A stretch of DNA of 64,000 bases from a virus, in the IMG/VR virus record IMGVR_UViG_3300027901_000001, one strand, 5' to 3'. Below, in pieces: positions 33,813 through 43,091 of this stretch. Each line of letters opens with the position of its first letter. The stretch's first letter is position 1. A program made the position numbers and the translations under genes. The notes under the pieces are model-generated. The model was not told where the DNA came from. It saw nothing but the letters and a program-made list of their open reading frames with translations, and did no database searches.

Positions 33813-35471
33813 CTATGGCGGCGTGCTCACCTGCACCGTCGGATTCAATGGCAATTGAACGGGGCCAACCACGTGAACTATCTCTGCTGTTCTAACATGG
33901 GCGGGCACCGCCTTATTAATTTTCCGTGTCAACCGGCCCATCGCATCATCCATAAGAGCATCCGGTTCATCCAGGACTTCAGCCGCTACGACATCTATCT
34001 TCAACAAGCTGGCTCGGCAGTAGTCGCAGCTCATCAGCAGGTGACACTCGTAATCGATGCTAACCTCGGTTCCGAAAACGGGAAAATCTCCCGCGAAAAT
34101 CTCGAATTCCCACTCACCCGCCGCCACCTCCACTGGCTGCGCTTCCAAATAAAACGCTCCTTCCATCGTCGAAAAATTGGCGTACCAGTAACCGATTGCC
34201 GCTATCGGCCACAGATCCACACCAGGACCTACACGAAGTCTCCAGCGCCCACTTCCAAGATCCGTTGAACTGATGATAGGCAGGTTCTCCAACACGAAAC
34301 CGATGGCCTCTTCCACGCTCATGCCATCCGGCGGTGACGGCACCGGAGGGGTAATCGCCTCGCTCGTCCAGTTCGGCGTTTCCCGGCAGGCATAATCTAA
34401 AGGAATGACATCGGCCGCAATTTCATCGAAGCGCGGAATAAGGGGATCCACCGTTGTGTAGTACTTTCCGCTGCCAGAAGGAATCTCGAACACCTCATCC
34501 GGCGACAGCCAGGACGGAACCGAGCTGATACGCCACAGGCCGTGGGCCACCACTCGGTACCCGGAAATCTTGCCGATGATGTCGTAGCCCCTCTGCGCGC
34601 CCTTCCTGATCAGCCACTGTTTGCCGTTCCGGACCGTGCTGCGCTGGAAGCTCTCCGGCTCATGCTGGTCCACCTCCAGGCCGAAATCCTCTCCCAGGTA
34701 GGGCAGCAGCGCCGGAGGATGGAGCACCGCCGGACCATCTGAGGCCGTCATCACCACCGCCAGGCCGGATACCTGGTCTGCCCCCTCCCAGGGCTCGGTC
34801 AGTACGATGGTGGTGTCATCCACCACTGTCTCCACTTTCCCTACATACTGACCGCCAGTGCTCCGGGCGAGATACTGTCCTGGAGATACCCTTTTGGATA
34901 CGTCCGGATCCGTCAAAAAGAGCGTTCCCGAGCCCGTAACGGTCGCTGAGCCCGCCGTAAAGCTGACCAGGCCCGTTAGCTGGGTGCCCTGGCTGAAGGC
35001 CGTCACGGGCAGCTCAGCCACGCCTGTTAGCTCAACCATCGGCCCGGCGCTCCAGAGCTTGTGCACCGAGTTGACGGTGTATTCACGACCCGCCTCGTCC
35101 TCCAGAATCCAGCCGATGGAGGTACCTTCCAGGGGATTGAATGGGTCGTCAGGATCCGTTTTTTCCAGCAGGGCCTCGATGGTGCGGCCACCCGCCGTCG
35201 AGTACGCTATCAGCAGGTTAACGTTGAGCCGCTCCTGGTATTGGCTCCTCACCAGGTCCGGGTCGCGCAGCGAACCGAAGTCCCGAACCTTCTGCAACAG
35301 CTCATCAAAGGACGGCCGGATGGTGTCGACGAAAGTCTCCAGACGATTGTCGGCCACATCCTGGTCGAGCCGCCGGTCCAGCTCCGGCAGGTCCTTGAAC
35401 AGCACCTGCTTCGACCAGTTGTATGAGCCGAAGGGGCCTGTTCCGAATGGCCATGAACCGAATCCCGGCAT
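33813..35471 (-). CDS. baseplate wedge subunit (gpI/gp7-like)
   Basis: LFKDLPELDRRLD...LLPYLGEDFG...LIRKGAQRG pattern; position. Confidence 0.7.
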   Translation of the reverse strand: MPGFGSWPFGTGPFGSYNWSKQVLFKDLPELDRRLDQDVADNRLETFVDTIRPSFDELLQKVRDFGSLRDPDLVRSQYQERLNVNLLIAYSTAGGRTIEALLEKTDPDDPFNPLEGTSIGWILEDEAGREYTVNSVHKLWSAGPMVELTGVAELPVTAFSQGTQLTGLVSFTAGSATVTGSGTLFLTDPDVSKRVSPGQYLARSTGGQYVGKVETVVDDTTIVLTEPWEGADQVSGLAVVMTASDGPAVLHPPALLPYLGEDFGLEVDQHEPESFQRSTVRNGKQWLIRKGAQRGYDIIGKISGYRVVAHGLWRISSVPSWLSPDEVFEIPSGSGKYYTTVDPLIPRFDEIAADVIPLDYACRETPNWTSEAITPPVPSPPDGMSVEEAIGFVLENLPIISSTDLGSGRWRLRVGPGVDLWPIAAIGYWYANFSTMEGAFYLEAQPVEVAAGEWEFEIFAGDFPVFGTEVSIDYECHLLMSCDYCRASLLKIDVVAAEVLDEPDALMDDAMGRLTRKINKAVPAHVRTAEIVHVVGPVQLPLNPTVQVSTPP

Positions 35472-35483
35472 TGCTCCTCTACG

Positions 35484-35966
35484 TTAAGCGGACCTCCACT
35501 TTGCGTCCGTGTCATCGTAGTAAATGTCTTGAGCATCCCCCGGTTGAAGAACGATATCCCCCGCACCACCAAGAAGCAGAAATCGATTGGCGGTCAGCGA
35601 ACCGACATCCTGGTCTTTCAGGGTAATGTTAAAGGATCCCACGTTGATGAGCGTCTTTCGTTTGCCGGATGCCGGAAGATCAGTGGAGTTAATCCCCGTT
35701 ATGTCCCACGCCGCATCCGAGTACATCCGGACAACCGTTGCCACCAGAATATCGTCGGGATCCCAGTTGTCCTGGTCGGCTGTGATTTCCGGAGTGGTGA
35801 TTTCCATCGGCGCGCCGAACAACACAAAAGCCTGAATGGGATCACCGGTGATTAGAGTCAGAGCGTCCGCGTTCTCCGAATCCATGATGATCGCCCAGTG
35901 ATTCGGGCCGGGCGCTTCCGCCTGCGACAGCGGGAGTTTCACTATGTCGAGTTGCCCGTTAGACAT
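35484..35966 (-). CDS. fibre-module protein
   Basis: ITG...LINVG...LQPGD..IYYD...W module shared with 39207 and 41805. Confidence 0.65.
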   Translation of the reverse strand: MSNGQLDIVKLPLSQAEAPGPNHWAIIMDSENADALTLITGDPIQAFVLFGAPMEITTPEITADQDNWDPDDILVATVVRMYSDAAWDITGINSTDLPASGKRKTLINVGSFNITLKDQDVGSLTANRFLLLGGAGDIVLQPGDAQDIYYDDTDAKWRSA

Positions 35967-35986
35967 TTACCTCTCCTTCGTATTCT

Positions 35987-36529
35987 CTAGGTGTAACTAC
36001 CCATCCAGGTGGACAGGTCCACCTCCCCATACAGAAACTCATAGAATTCGGTGATCGCCTGCGCCTTGGTTTTTTCTTCCGATGACATCTTGTACCGCAC
36101 CAGCCCATCAACGGCCCGCATCATCCATTCCGGGGCTTCGGTTTTCAACATCTTGGCCGCTGTGAACAAGGCGGAATACAACGCCTTAGATGGATCTGCT
36201 GGAGACGGCGGAGAACCAATCCCGCTTTTCGGCCCGGCCCAGCCCATGAGATCACGCAGTTCCTGAACGGTCATGCTCGTATTAAAGGCGAGCATTTTGG
36301 TCTTCAGCTCAGAGTCTTCCAGGGTAGCGGCGACATTGTGGATGGCCGTCACCAGCACGTTCTTGGCCACAGGCAGATTGGTATAGGCCAGCACCACGCA
36401 CCACATCCCTGGGTTCGGTGTCGCCTGGTAAATGTCCGCCGCTGGCTTATCGATCAACGAACTGACATCTCCCACGCACCACCTCTTGGTGCTGTTCAGG
36501 GTCCCCAAAAATTCTATCAGGTCGGCCAT
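35987..36529 (-). CDS. W-C paralogue family member 1
   Basis: RWC...WCVVLAYTNL...ELKTKM...LYSA...GSYT. Confidence 0.85.
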   Translation of the reverse strand: MADLIEFLGTLNSTKRWCVGDVSSLIDKPAADIYQATPNPGMWCVVLAYTNLPVAKNVLVTAIHNVAATLEDSELKTKMLAFNTSMTVQELRDLMGWAGPKSGIGSPPSPADPSKALYSALFTAAKMLKTEAPEWMMRAVDGLVRYKMSSEEKTKAQAITEFYEFLYGEVDLSTWMGSYT

Positions 36530-36548
36530 AAAAACCTTTCACTTACGG

Positions 36549-37751
36549 CTATGGTGGCAGCTCTGGCCCAGTTGGGTATTCCTCATGGGGCGTCCATTCT
36601 AAGTCCGCAGGGTTGATCGGAACACGTGGGGTAAATGCTATCAGATAACAAGGCACGCCTTCGTCCTCTCCCGGTTCCACTTCTAAATAATAGTTGCCCT
36701 TGAACAGGCACATGCCTTTCGAATATCCCTTGAACGAAGGAAACGGGACGTGCTCGAAGTTATCAGGGCCATCCGCGCCCATCCGGCCGATTTGCATTTC
36801 CATTCCCGGAAGCAGAACGAGAACCGCTCCTCCCACAAGAAACAGCGCGCTCCTATTTATCACATCCCACACAGCGTAGGGTTCCGAGTGTTGCTCCCAG
36901 ATAAACGGCGACATAAGCCGATCGTTGATCAGCTCCCACGTTGCGCCGTCGGTAGATTGGATAAACCGTATGGTCCACGGAGGGTCCCATTCCGCCATCC
37001 CTTGCGCATACTCGGAAGACAGAGCCACGAATCGACCGTCGCCAGTAACTTCCAACTCTGTAAGCCCCTGCGATGCCCCTTGTGGCTGCATTCCGGGAGG
37101 CGTAACGTTTGTCCACGTCAAACCATGATCGTCGGAGTACTGAATAACATCGCGGGACCCTAAACCCTCACCATATTCCCCATAAGCCGCGCCGACAGCC
37201 ACCATCCGACCACCGTAAGAATCGATATTCCAAATAATGACCTCTTCCGTTTCCCCCGGAGGCACAGAGGCCCCATTGATCGCGGTCCAGTCGGTAACAT
37301 CAGCAGGCAACGCACGCTGAAACATCGGCAATGAAGATGGTGGCGCACCCGCACTTTCTCCTGACACGATGAACGCCGTACCGTCGAAATGGACGCACAT
37401 GAAATCGTCCACAAGACCCAGGCTCTCGTCATAATCCTGTTCTTCGATGTTCCAGTTGTAGTACGCATCGGGTCCTTCCGAGGTAAGTATATGCGAGTCA
37501 GTTCCCGAAAAAACGTATTTGCCGTCTCCATAGGCCACGTCGGTTATCTTGTAATAAAGCTCATAGATCGGGATAAAGGTGACGCCGTCCAAAGAGACAA
37601 ACAAGAGCGATTCGTCTTGCATGAACATATACCCGTTGGCCTCTATGGGCCTTCCAGGGTTGGTCCACCAATCATATACGCCAAACGTCAGCTTCGTATA
37701 GGACGAAAACCTGTCCTTCAAGACAGGATATGAAGCCCTCAAACTCGACAT
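36549..37751 (-). CDS. Asp-box (BNR) beta-propeller protein
   Basis: SLDGVTF, SDDHGLTW, STDGATW repeats; ATG at 37751 after GGAGG. Confidence 0.7.
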   Translation of the reverse strand: MSSLRASYPVLKDRFSSYTKLTFGVYDWWTNPGRPIEANGYMFMQDESLLFVSLDGVTFIPIYELYYKITDVAYGDGKYVFSGTDSHILTSEGPDAYYNWNIEEQDYDESLGLVDDFMCVHFDGTAFIVSGESAGAPPSSLPMFQRALPADVTDWTAINGASVPPGETEEVIIWNIDSYGGRMVAVGAAYGEYGEGLGSRDVIQYSDDHGLTWTNVTPPGMQPQGASQGLTELEVTGDGRFVALSSEYAQGMAEWDPPWTIRFIQSTDGATWELINDRLMSPFIWEQHSEPYAVWDVINRSALFLVGGAVLVLLPGMEMQIGRMGADGPDNFEHVPFPSFKGYSKGMCLFKGNYYLEVEPGEDEGVPCYLIAFTPRVPINPADLEWTPHEEYPTGPELPP

Positions 37752-37766
37752 TTTCAAAACCTCCGA

Positions 37767-38282
37767 TCAGGTGTAAGACCCGCGCCACTCTTCGAGTGAA
37801 ACCTGCGAACGATGAAAGTCAGCCGCCGTCTGCGCCGCCTCTACGATGGTTACACCTTTGGCTCTTTCATGTTGTAAAAAATAAGAGGCTGGCGCTTTGA
37901 TGTAGGGCCTTTGCTCATACCGTAAGAACTTGGCCGCCGAATAAAGCAACCTGTGTTCCGTCGGCAGCGCACCATTGCGCAGCGCTCCGGCCCATGCGAT
38001 CAAATCCTCGTACTCCTGGTCCGACATCGATGCGGTGACCGTGAGCATTTTGGTTTTCAGCTCGCCATCGTCGAGATCAGCCGCAACGTGTTGAACGACA
38101 GCGGCGATCAGATCCCGTGCCTTCGGCAGGTTCATGTAGGCCAATCCCTGACACCAGATATCCGGACGACGGCTGCTGTTGTACATCTCGGACGATTCGT
38201 CCTTGAGCAGCTTTTTCGCTGGACCGCACCATGTCCGGTTCTCATTGAACAACTCCAAAAAGTTTTCCTTCACCGTGGTCAT
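37767..38282 (-). CDS. W-C paralogue family member 2
   Basis: TWC...WCQGLAYMNL...WRGSYT. Confidence 0.85.
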   Translation of the reverse strand: MTTVKENFLELFNENRTWCGPAKKLLKDESSEMYNSSRRPDIWCQGLAYMNLPKARDLIAAVVQHVAADLDDGELKTKMLTVTASMSDQEYEDLIAWAGALRNGALPTEHRLLYSAAKFLRYEQRPYIKAPASYFLQHERAKGVTIVEAAQTAADFHRSQVSLEEWRGSYT

Positions 38283-38308
38283 GCGCTTCTCCTTACAAAC
38301 GTATAACT

Positions 38309-38420
38309 CTAGGTATAAGTTCCACCCGCGCTAAACTGATCAAAGGTTACCTGACTTACAAACCAGGCTTTCAACCCACTCTTCTAACTGCGTAGTAAAA
38401 TACTCCTTCACCGTAGGCAT
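38309..38420 (-). pseudogene. internally deleted, frameshifted relic of the W-C family
   Basis: MPTVKEYF start after GGAGGG; another frame ends SQVTFDQFSAGGTYT-stop, like the family C-terminus. Confidence 0.55.
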
Positions 38421-38439
38421 AAAACCCTCCTAATACAAA

Positions 38440-38964
38440 TCAGGTATAGGATCCCCTCCACTCCTCCAATGTCACTTCCGAACGCAGAAATGTATAAAAG
38501 GTCTCCCTCGCCTGCGAAAGCCTCACTGTACTCTTCTCCCTTTCATAATCGATAAGATAGATTACCGGAGCCTTGATCTTGTCCTGGGCTTCCGTTTTCA
38601 AAAAAATGGCGGCCGAGTACAACGCCGAATGCAATTTCGGAAACGATACTCCACGGCGCAAGGGCTTTGCCCATGCGATGAGGGCATCATATTCCTCCGC
38701 CGTCAGCGAAACGGTCAGCGACTCCAGCTTGGTTCTCAGATCACCAGGATCAAGATCGGCCGCCGCGTTATGGATAGCCTGAACGATGACGGCTTTGGCC
38801 TTCGTCAAATTGGTATAAGCCAGCACCTGACACCAAAAATCCGGCCGATTTGTACCATTGTAGGTGTCCGCCGAATCTTCTTTTACGAGTTTCTGGGCGA
38901 ACGCACACCACGCCCCTGCCTTCTGCTCAAATAGTCCGTCCAAAAACTGTTTTATCGTAGGCAC
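38440..38964 (-). CDS. W-C paralogue family member 3
   Basis: AWC...WCQVLAYTNL...WRGSYT. Confidence 0.85.
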   Translation of the reverse strand: MPTIKQFLDGLFEQKAGAWCAFAQKLVKEDSADTYNGTNRPDFWCQVLAYTNLTKAKAVIVQAIHNAAADLDPGDLRTKLESLTVSLTAEEYDALIAWAKPLRRGVSFPKLHSALYSAAIFLKTEAQDKIKAPVIYLIDYEREKSTVRLSQARETFYTFLRSEVTLEEWRGSYT

Positions 38965-38976
38965 AAAAGTCTCCTA

Positions 38977-39195
38977 CTAGGCGTCTTCTACCGCCACTGT
39001 AAGATCGTCGATCGACGTGGCGGAAGAGAGAATAAGCTCGCCCTCGATCATTCCGCCCGTTCCCTCCGAACGAGTAGTCACATGAAAAGATATTACCTTA
39101 CCCCCGGACACATCTGTCGCAAGATTATTCAACCACGTTTGCAACGCGGCTGCGTCAGCATAGGAAACGCTAACAGGTACCTTTGATTGCGCCAT
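38977..39195 (-). CDS. small tail-associated protein, paralogue of 30336..30548
   Basis: Shared motifs as above. Confidence 0.75.
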   Translation of the reverse strand: MAQSKVPVSVSYADAAALQTWLNNLATDVSGGKVISFHVTTRSEGTGGMIEGELILSSATSIDDLTVAVEDA

Positions 39196-39206
39196 TGGAT
39201 TTCTCC

Positions 39207-40391
39207 TTACTTGTGGTATTCAACCTCAAGAATCACCGATAAATCTGTTACAACACCACCGGTGTCTACTTGATCAACGTCTACCGTTACCATTTCGCCC
39301 TGAGAAAAATCCCCCGCTTCGATAGCAGGTGCCGTATCCTTACCGTCTGCATCGTCATAGGGGATAGTCGGCCTGTTCGACTGAGTTGTAAAAATGGTTG
39401 TGCCCTCGATATTCACGTCCACTATCGTACTGCCGCCAGTGCCCGTAGTGCCCTTTCTGTAAGCAGTAGCCCTGATAATCCTTCCGTTGAACGGGGCCTC
39501 CCACGCACCGCCTTGCTCGCCACCCGAGGAAACCGTCCCCGCGATGAAAACCCGTACCGTGTTCGTGCGCCGACTGCCTAGTTTCCACGCACGCCATTTC
39601 ATCACGGTGCCCCGGCTGTCGTATATCAGTAGGACGCCATCGTCCTTTCGCAGCACTATTGTTTCTTGTGTATCCGTGAGAACCCTCTCATTTGCGGTGG
39701 CGCTTCCTGAGTTATGGGCGATACTCACACTATATGTATCGCTCGTGTTGAATAGAAATCTTATTGGTTTGACAGGGCTGGAGATGCCACTAAATACAAA
39801 AGAACTAACTATTCCGTTTATGAGCACATCTACCGACGGGGCAAGGCTCACAAAATCAGCCGACCCGCCCCAGCCGCCGCTGTAGGGAGAGGGAGGCCAA
39901 GAGTTATAGGTTGCCGTATCTACCGGGAGCCAGGGATAAGCGGGCGCATTCAGGTTCAAACTCTGCGCGACAAACCATCTATCATCGGTTGTATCGTATA
40001 TTATTTTGCATCCCTGCTTCGGGCCTAAGAACAAAGTGGTGTCATTCGGGCACTTGAGCCTGTTACTTGAAACAGTGTCGCTGTCGTGCAATAGCGCAAC
40101 GAAAGCGCTGCCCACGTTTATGATGGTCTTTTCACGCACGAAATCATCGGAACCAGCGTAATTTTGGAATCCGCGAATCATGGTTCCGGCGGATCCGGGG
40201 AAAAGAAGTAAAGTATGGCACTTCCGCCACTGGCTAGAAGATCCGGGTGCATAACTATTGTAAACACCTCCGCCGCTAGGATAAACGTATAAAAGGCCAG
40301 TCTGCGCTCGTATTAGGTGCTCAGCGTAAGGCGCGGCCAATATCTTGGCCCGTTCAGTTACAGGGTCAAAACTCTTTATCTGATCGGTCAT
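39207..40391 (-). CDS. tail fibre-like protein with two repeated modules
   Basis: Two copies of the G..N...YD...W module; C-terminal beta-sandwich. Confidence 0.65.
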   Translation of the reverse strand: MTDQIKSFDPVTERAKILAAPYAEHLIRAQTGLLYVYPSGGGVYNSYAPGSSSQWRKCHTLLLFPGSAGTMIRGFQNYAGSDDFVREKTIINVGSAFVALLHDSDTVSSNRLKCPNDTTLFLGPKQGCKIIYDTTDDRWFVAQSLNLNAPAYPWLPVDTATYNSWPPSPYSGGWGGSADFVSLAPSVDVLINGIVSSFVFSGISSPVKPIRFLFNTSDTYSVSIAHNSGSATANERVLTDTQETIVLRKDDGVLLIYDSRGTVMKWRAWKLGSRRTNTVRVFIAGTVSSGGEQGGAWEAPFNGRIIRATAYRKGTTGTGGSTIVDVNIEGTTIFTTQSNRPTIPYDDADGKDTAPAIEAGDFSQGEMVTVDVDQVDTGGVVTDLSVILEVEYHK

Positions 40392-40426
40392 TAGATAACC
40401 CCAGAAGCTCGACTATCTTGCCAGCT

Positions 40427-41353
40427 TTAGTTGTTCCCGTGTCTATACTTCGCACCATAACGTTTCCTTATCAGATGCAGATATTTGGCATCGTTGGAAC
40501 AGTCGTTGACCAGAATATCCAGCCCATTACGCACAACGTACTCGATAATATCTACCGTGATAAACCTACTTTCGGTAGGACTGACCAGCCACGACTTGTA
40601 GACATAAGCCTCCTTTCCTACAACGTATCCTTCGGTTCCCTGGTGATGAATCATCAACTCGGCCAGGTTGAGCTGCGCCACCCCGCAATCTATAAGGATT
40701 TGCAGTTTCCCATCGTCCAACAGCCTCTTTCTAACCTGTGGAATAGACGGAATTTCAACGGTAACCTTGCCAATAATGTCCTTCACCAGAATGAGTTTCT
40801 CTAATACCTCATCACTGAAATCCGTGGCAGCCAGGTTGACCCGCAGCTCATCAAGCCCGGCGTCTTTGAGCTTCGCCAAGATATCCGAATCGACCAGCTT
40901 ACCATTAGTATAGGCCCAGAGATAAATAGCGGGAGCCGTTTTAGAGAAAAGAGTCAATATGGAAATAACCTTGTCTCGCTCCAGCAGAAACTCTCCTCCA
41001 GAAAAAGACACCCCCGTAATTTTCGGATTCTCAGCCATGATGTCCGACACGACCTGGACGGCGGATCGCGTATTAATATAAAGGTGCTCGTCATGGTCTT
41101 TTTTCGGGGGCTTTCTTGCACAGAAATCACAAGTTAGATTGCACCATCCTGTAGTAGGCAGGCAAATCCAGGTACCGGCCTTGCAAGCCCGACACCCTTC
41201 TGACAGTCCGTGACTTGAATTTGTATATATAGTGCGCCCTTCATCCTCGACACAGAGACCGCCATTTAGCAGAGCATACCTGTTACGGATTTGCTCCACG
41301 AACGTATCGCCATCAACGATATCCTGTGTGCCCATTCTATCCAACACCTGCAT
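40427..41353 (-). CDS. radical SAM protein (COG2108-like)
   Basis: GCRAC, then CNLTCDFC (CxxxCxxC), SFSGGE, YTNG, GLDELR; ATG at 41353 after GGAG. Confidence 0.9.
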   Translation of the reverse strand: MQVLDRMGTQDIVDGDTFVEQIRNRYALLNGGLCVEDEGRTIYTNSSHGLSEGCRACKAGTWICLPTTGWCNLTCDFCARKPPKKDHDEHLYINTRSAVQVVSDIMAENPKITGVSFSGGEFLLERDKVISILTLFSKTAPAIYLWAYTNGKLVDSDILAKLKDAGLDELRVNLAATDFSDEVLEKLILVKDIIGKVTVEIPSIPQVRKRLLDDGKLQILIDCGVAQLNLAELMIHHQGTEGYVVGKEAYVYKSWLVSPTESRFITVDIIEYVVRNGLDILVNDCSNDAKYLHLIRKRYGAKYRHGNN

Positions 41354-41366
41354 CACAAATCGGCTC

Positions 41367-41801
41367 CTATGGTGGCGGTGCACCAGGTACTTCCACTATC
41401 TCACCCTTCTCGATCGTAACAATGGCATCCGAACCAATCATCTCCGCCACCCGGCCAATCGGCACAATAAAGTAACCCCCAATCTGGTGGGGCGCGTTAC
41501 GGTAAGAACCAGCGCTACTATAGTTCAAATAGATATAATCACCGGCTGCCCAACTAGAGCCATATTGATAGGAGCTGGGAATAATAACGGGACCAGCGTA
41601 TGCGAAAAAACCATGATCAGGTTGAGCAACATCCGCTATAGCTGTTCCCCAATATTGTGCTTCAGCAAAAGATGTAACCCTCGCTATCTTCACATTTCTG
41701 TTGCTTGAAAAAACATATACCGGCTGCCCTCGATAAATCGTGGTGGCATCGGCATTATTCATATACCTTATTGGCAAAACTTGATTGGCAGGAACGTGCA
41801 T
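41367..41801 (-). CDS. virion fibre/cement-like beta protein
   Basis: IYRGQPVY...G.AIADVA...YIYL...G pattern. Confidence 0.55.
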   Translation of the reverse strand: MHVPANQVLPIRYMNNADATTIYRGQPVYVFSSNRNVKIARVTSFAEAQYWGTAIADVAQPDHGFFAYAGPVIIPSSYQYGSSWAAGDYIYLNYSSAGSYRNAPHQIGGYFIVPIGRVAEMIGSDAIVTIEKGEIVEVPGAPPP

Positions 41802-41804
41802 AAT

Positions 41805-42572
41805 CTATCCTCCCACCACATGCCAGGCCCAATAACCCCCCTCCGAACTCATAAACTGCCAGGTGACCCCAATCCACGCAAGACCAATAGGAATGTCCGT
41901 TGCCGCAGCGATAACACCTCCACTGATAGGATCTTCAATCTTTTGTGAAGCAGAATAAACATTGATAATCGCCGTGCTGCCGGTTACATTCTTTATTGCA
42001 AACAAGTCACCCATTGATGGACCGGGCGGAAATGTAATCCGTTTATTTCCTGTAAAACTCGCTGGCTCATATGGAACACGCTCTCCAACCGATCCTGTGT
42101 ATTCATTTAGCCGCCGCGACGACGTAGGCTCAAGATCATTACCTTTAGGTTTTGCATCGGTTTGATACCAGTGTTCTTCCTCTGTATCATAATAAAATAC
42201 AGCCAGGTCATCCTGAGCCAACTCTAAGAGTTCCCTCTGCTTGATAAAAATCTTGTCTTCTGCGACAGCACCCACATCCATGTGACTAATAAAAACAGAA
42301 TATGTGCCATCGTTCCTAATGATTTTCTTTTCGCCCTTAATCCCAGCTATCGGAGATGAATAAAATCCCTCAATATACACCGTACCAGTGGTGGGATTTA
42401 TAACCACCACATCTGCATCGGCCCAACCGGTAATGCCGTTCCCAAAATCACTGTAAGTTCCGGCAGGGACATCGACATCTATCTGAGACAACGGACCAGC
42501 AGCTCCGGCGGCAATCTCTGCCTCCAGCCGTTGAATTTCTGATAAAATATATTTTTTTGAAAAACCGCTCAT
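41805..42572 (-). CDS. fibre-module protein
   Basis: Shared module plus ITFPPGPSMGDLFAIKN fibre repeat. Confidence 0.65.
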   Translation of the reverse strand: MSGFSKKYILSEIQRLEAEIAAGAAGPLSQIDVDVPAGTYSDFGNGITGWADADVVVINPTTGTVYIEGFYSSPIAGIKGEKKIIRNDGTYSVFISHMDVGAVAEDKIFIKQRELLELAQDDLAVFYYDTEEEHWYQTDAKPKGNDLEPTSSRRLNEYTGSVGERVPYEPASFTGNKRITFPPGPSMGDLFAIKNVTGSTAIINVYSASQKIEDPISGGVIAAATDIPIGLAWIGVTWQFMSSEGGYWAWHVVGG

Positions 42573-43090
42573 CAGGCGTACTCGCCCTTCCAGGTATTCA
42601 AATCCACCTGTCCACGCAAAAATGTGTAGAAAGTGGTTGTGGCTTCATCCATCGACACCGCACTCCTCTCGGCCTCCTTTCTTATCAAACAGTGAATGGG
42701 AACCGGAATAATCTCCGGACGCTCCTCTTTCAAAAACCTGGCGGCCCCGTATAAAGCCCCATGAAGAGCTGCCTCCGACGGCCCCTGTCGCAGAGGCCGA
42801 GCCCAGTCCATCAGAGCCGTGTACTCCTGGACTGTCATCGAAACAGTCAGCGATTCCATCTTGGTCTTCAGCTCGCTCGCGGAGAGCAGTGCCGCCTCGT
42901 TCTGAATCGCCTGAACAAGCACAGACTTGGCCGTCGCCAAATCGGTATAGGCCAAAACAACACACCACCATTCCGCATGAGTAGGACCGTTGTAAATATC
43001 CGCCGTGTCCTTCTCGAATAGCGGCTGCGATGACCGACACCACTTTTTCGTGGTGAATAGAGTAGCCAAATAATTGCGCAACTGGGTCAT
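42572..43090 (-). CDS. W-C paralogue family member 4
   Basis: KWC...WCVVLAYTDL...WKGEYA. Confidence 0.85.
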   Translation of the reverse strand: MTQLRNYLATLFTTKKWCRSSQPLFEKDTADIYNGPTHAEWWCVVLAYTDLATAKSVLVQAIQNEAALLSASELKTKMESLTVSMTVQEYTALMDWARPLRQGPSEAALHGALYGAARFLKEERPEIIPVPIHCLIRKEAERSAVSMDEATTTFYTFLRGQVDLNTWKGEYA

Positions 43091-43091
43091 C

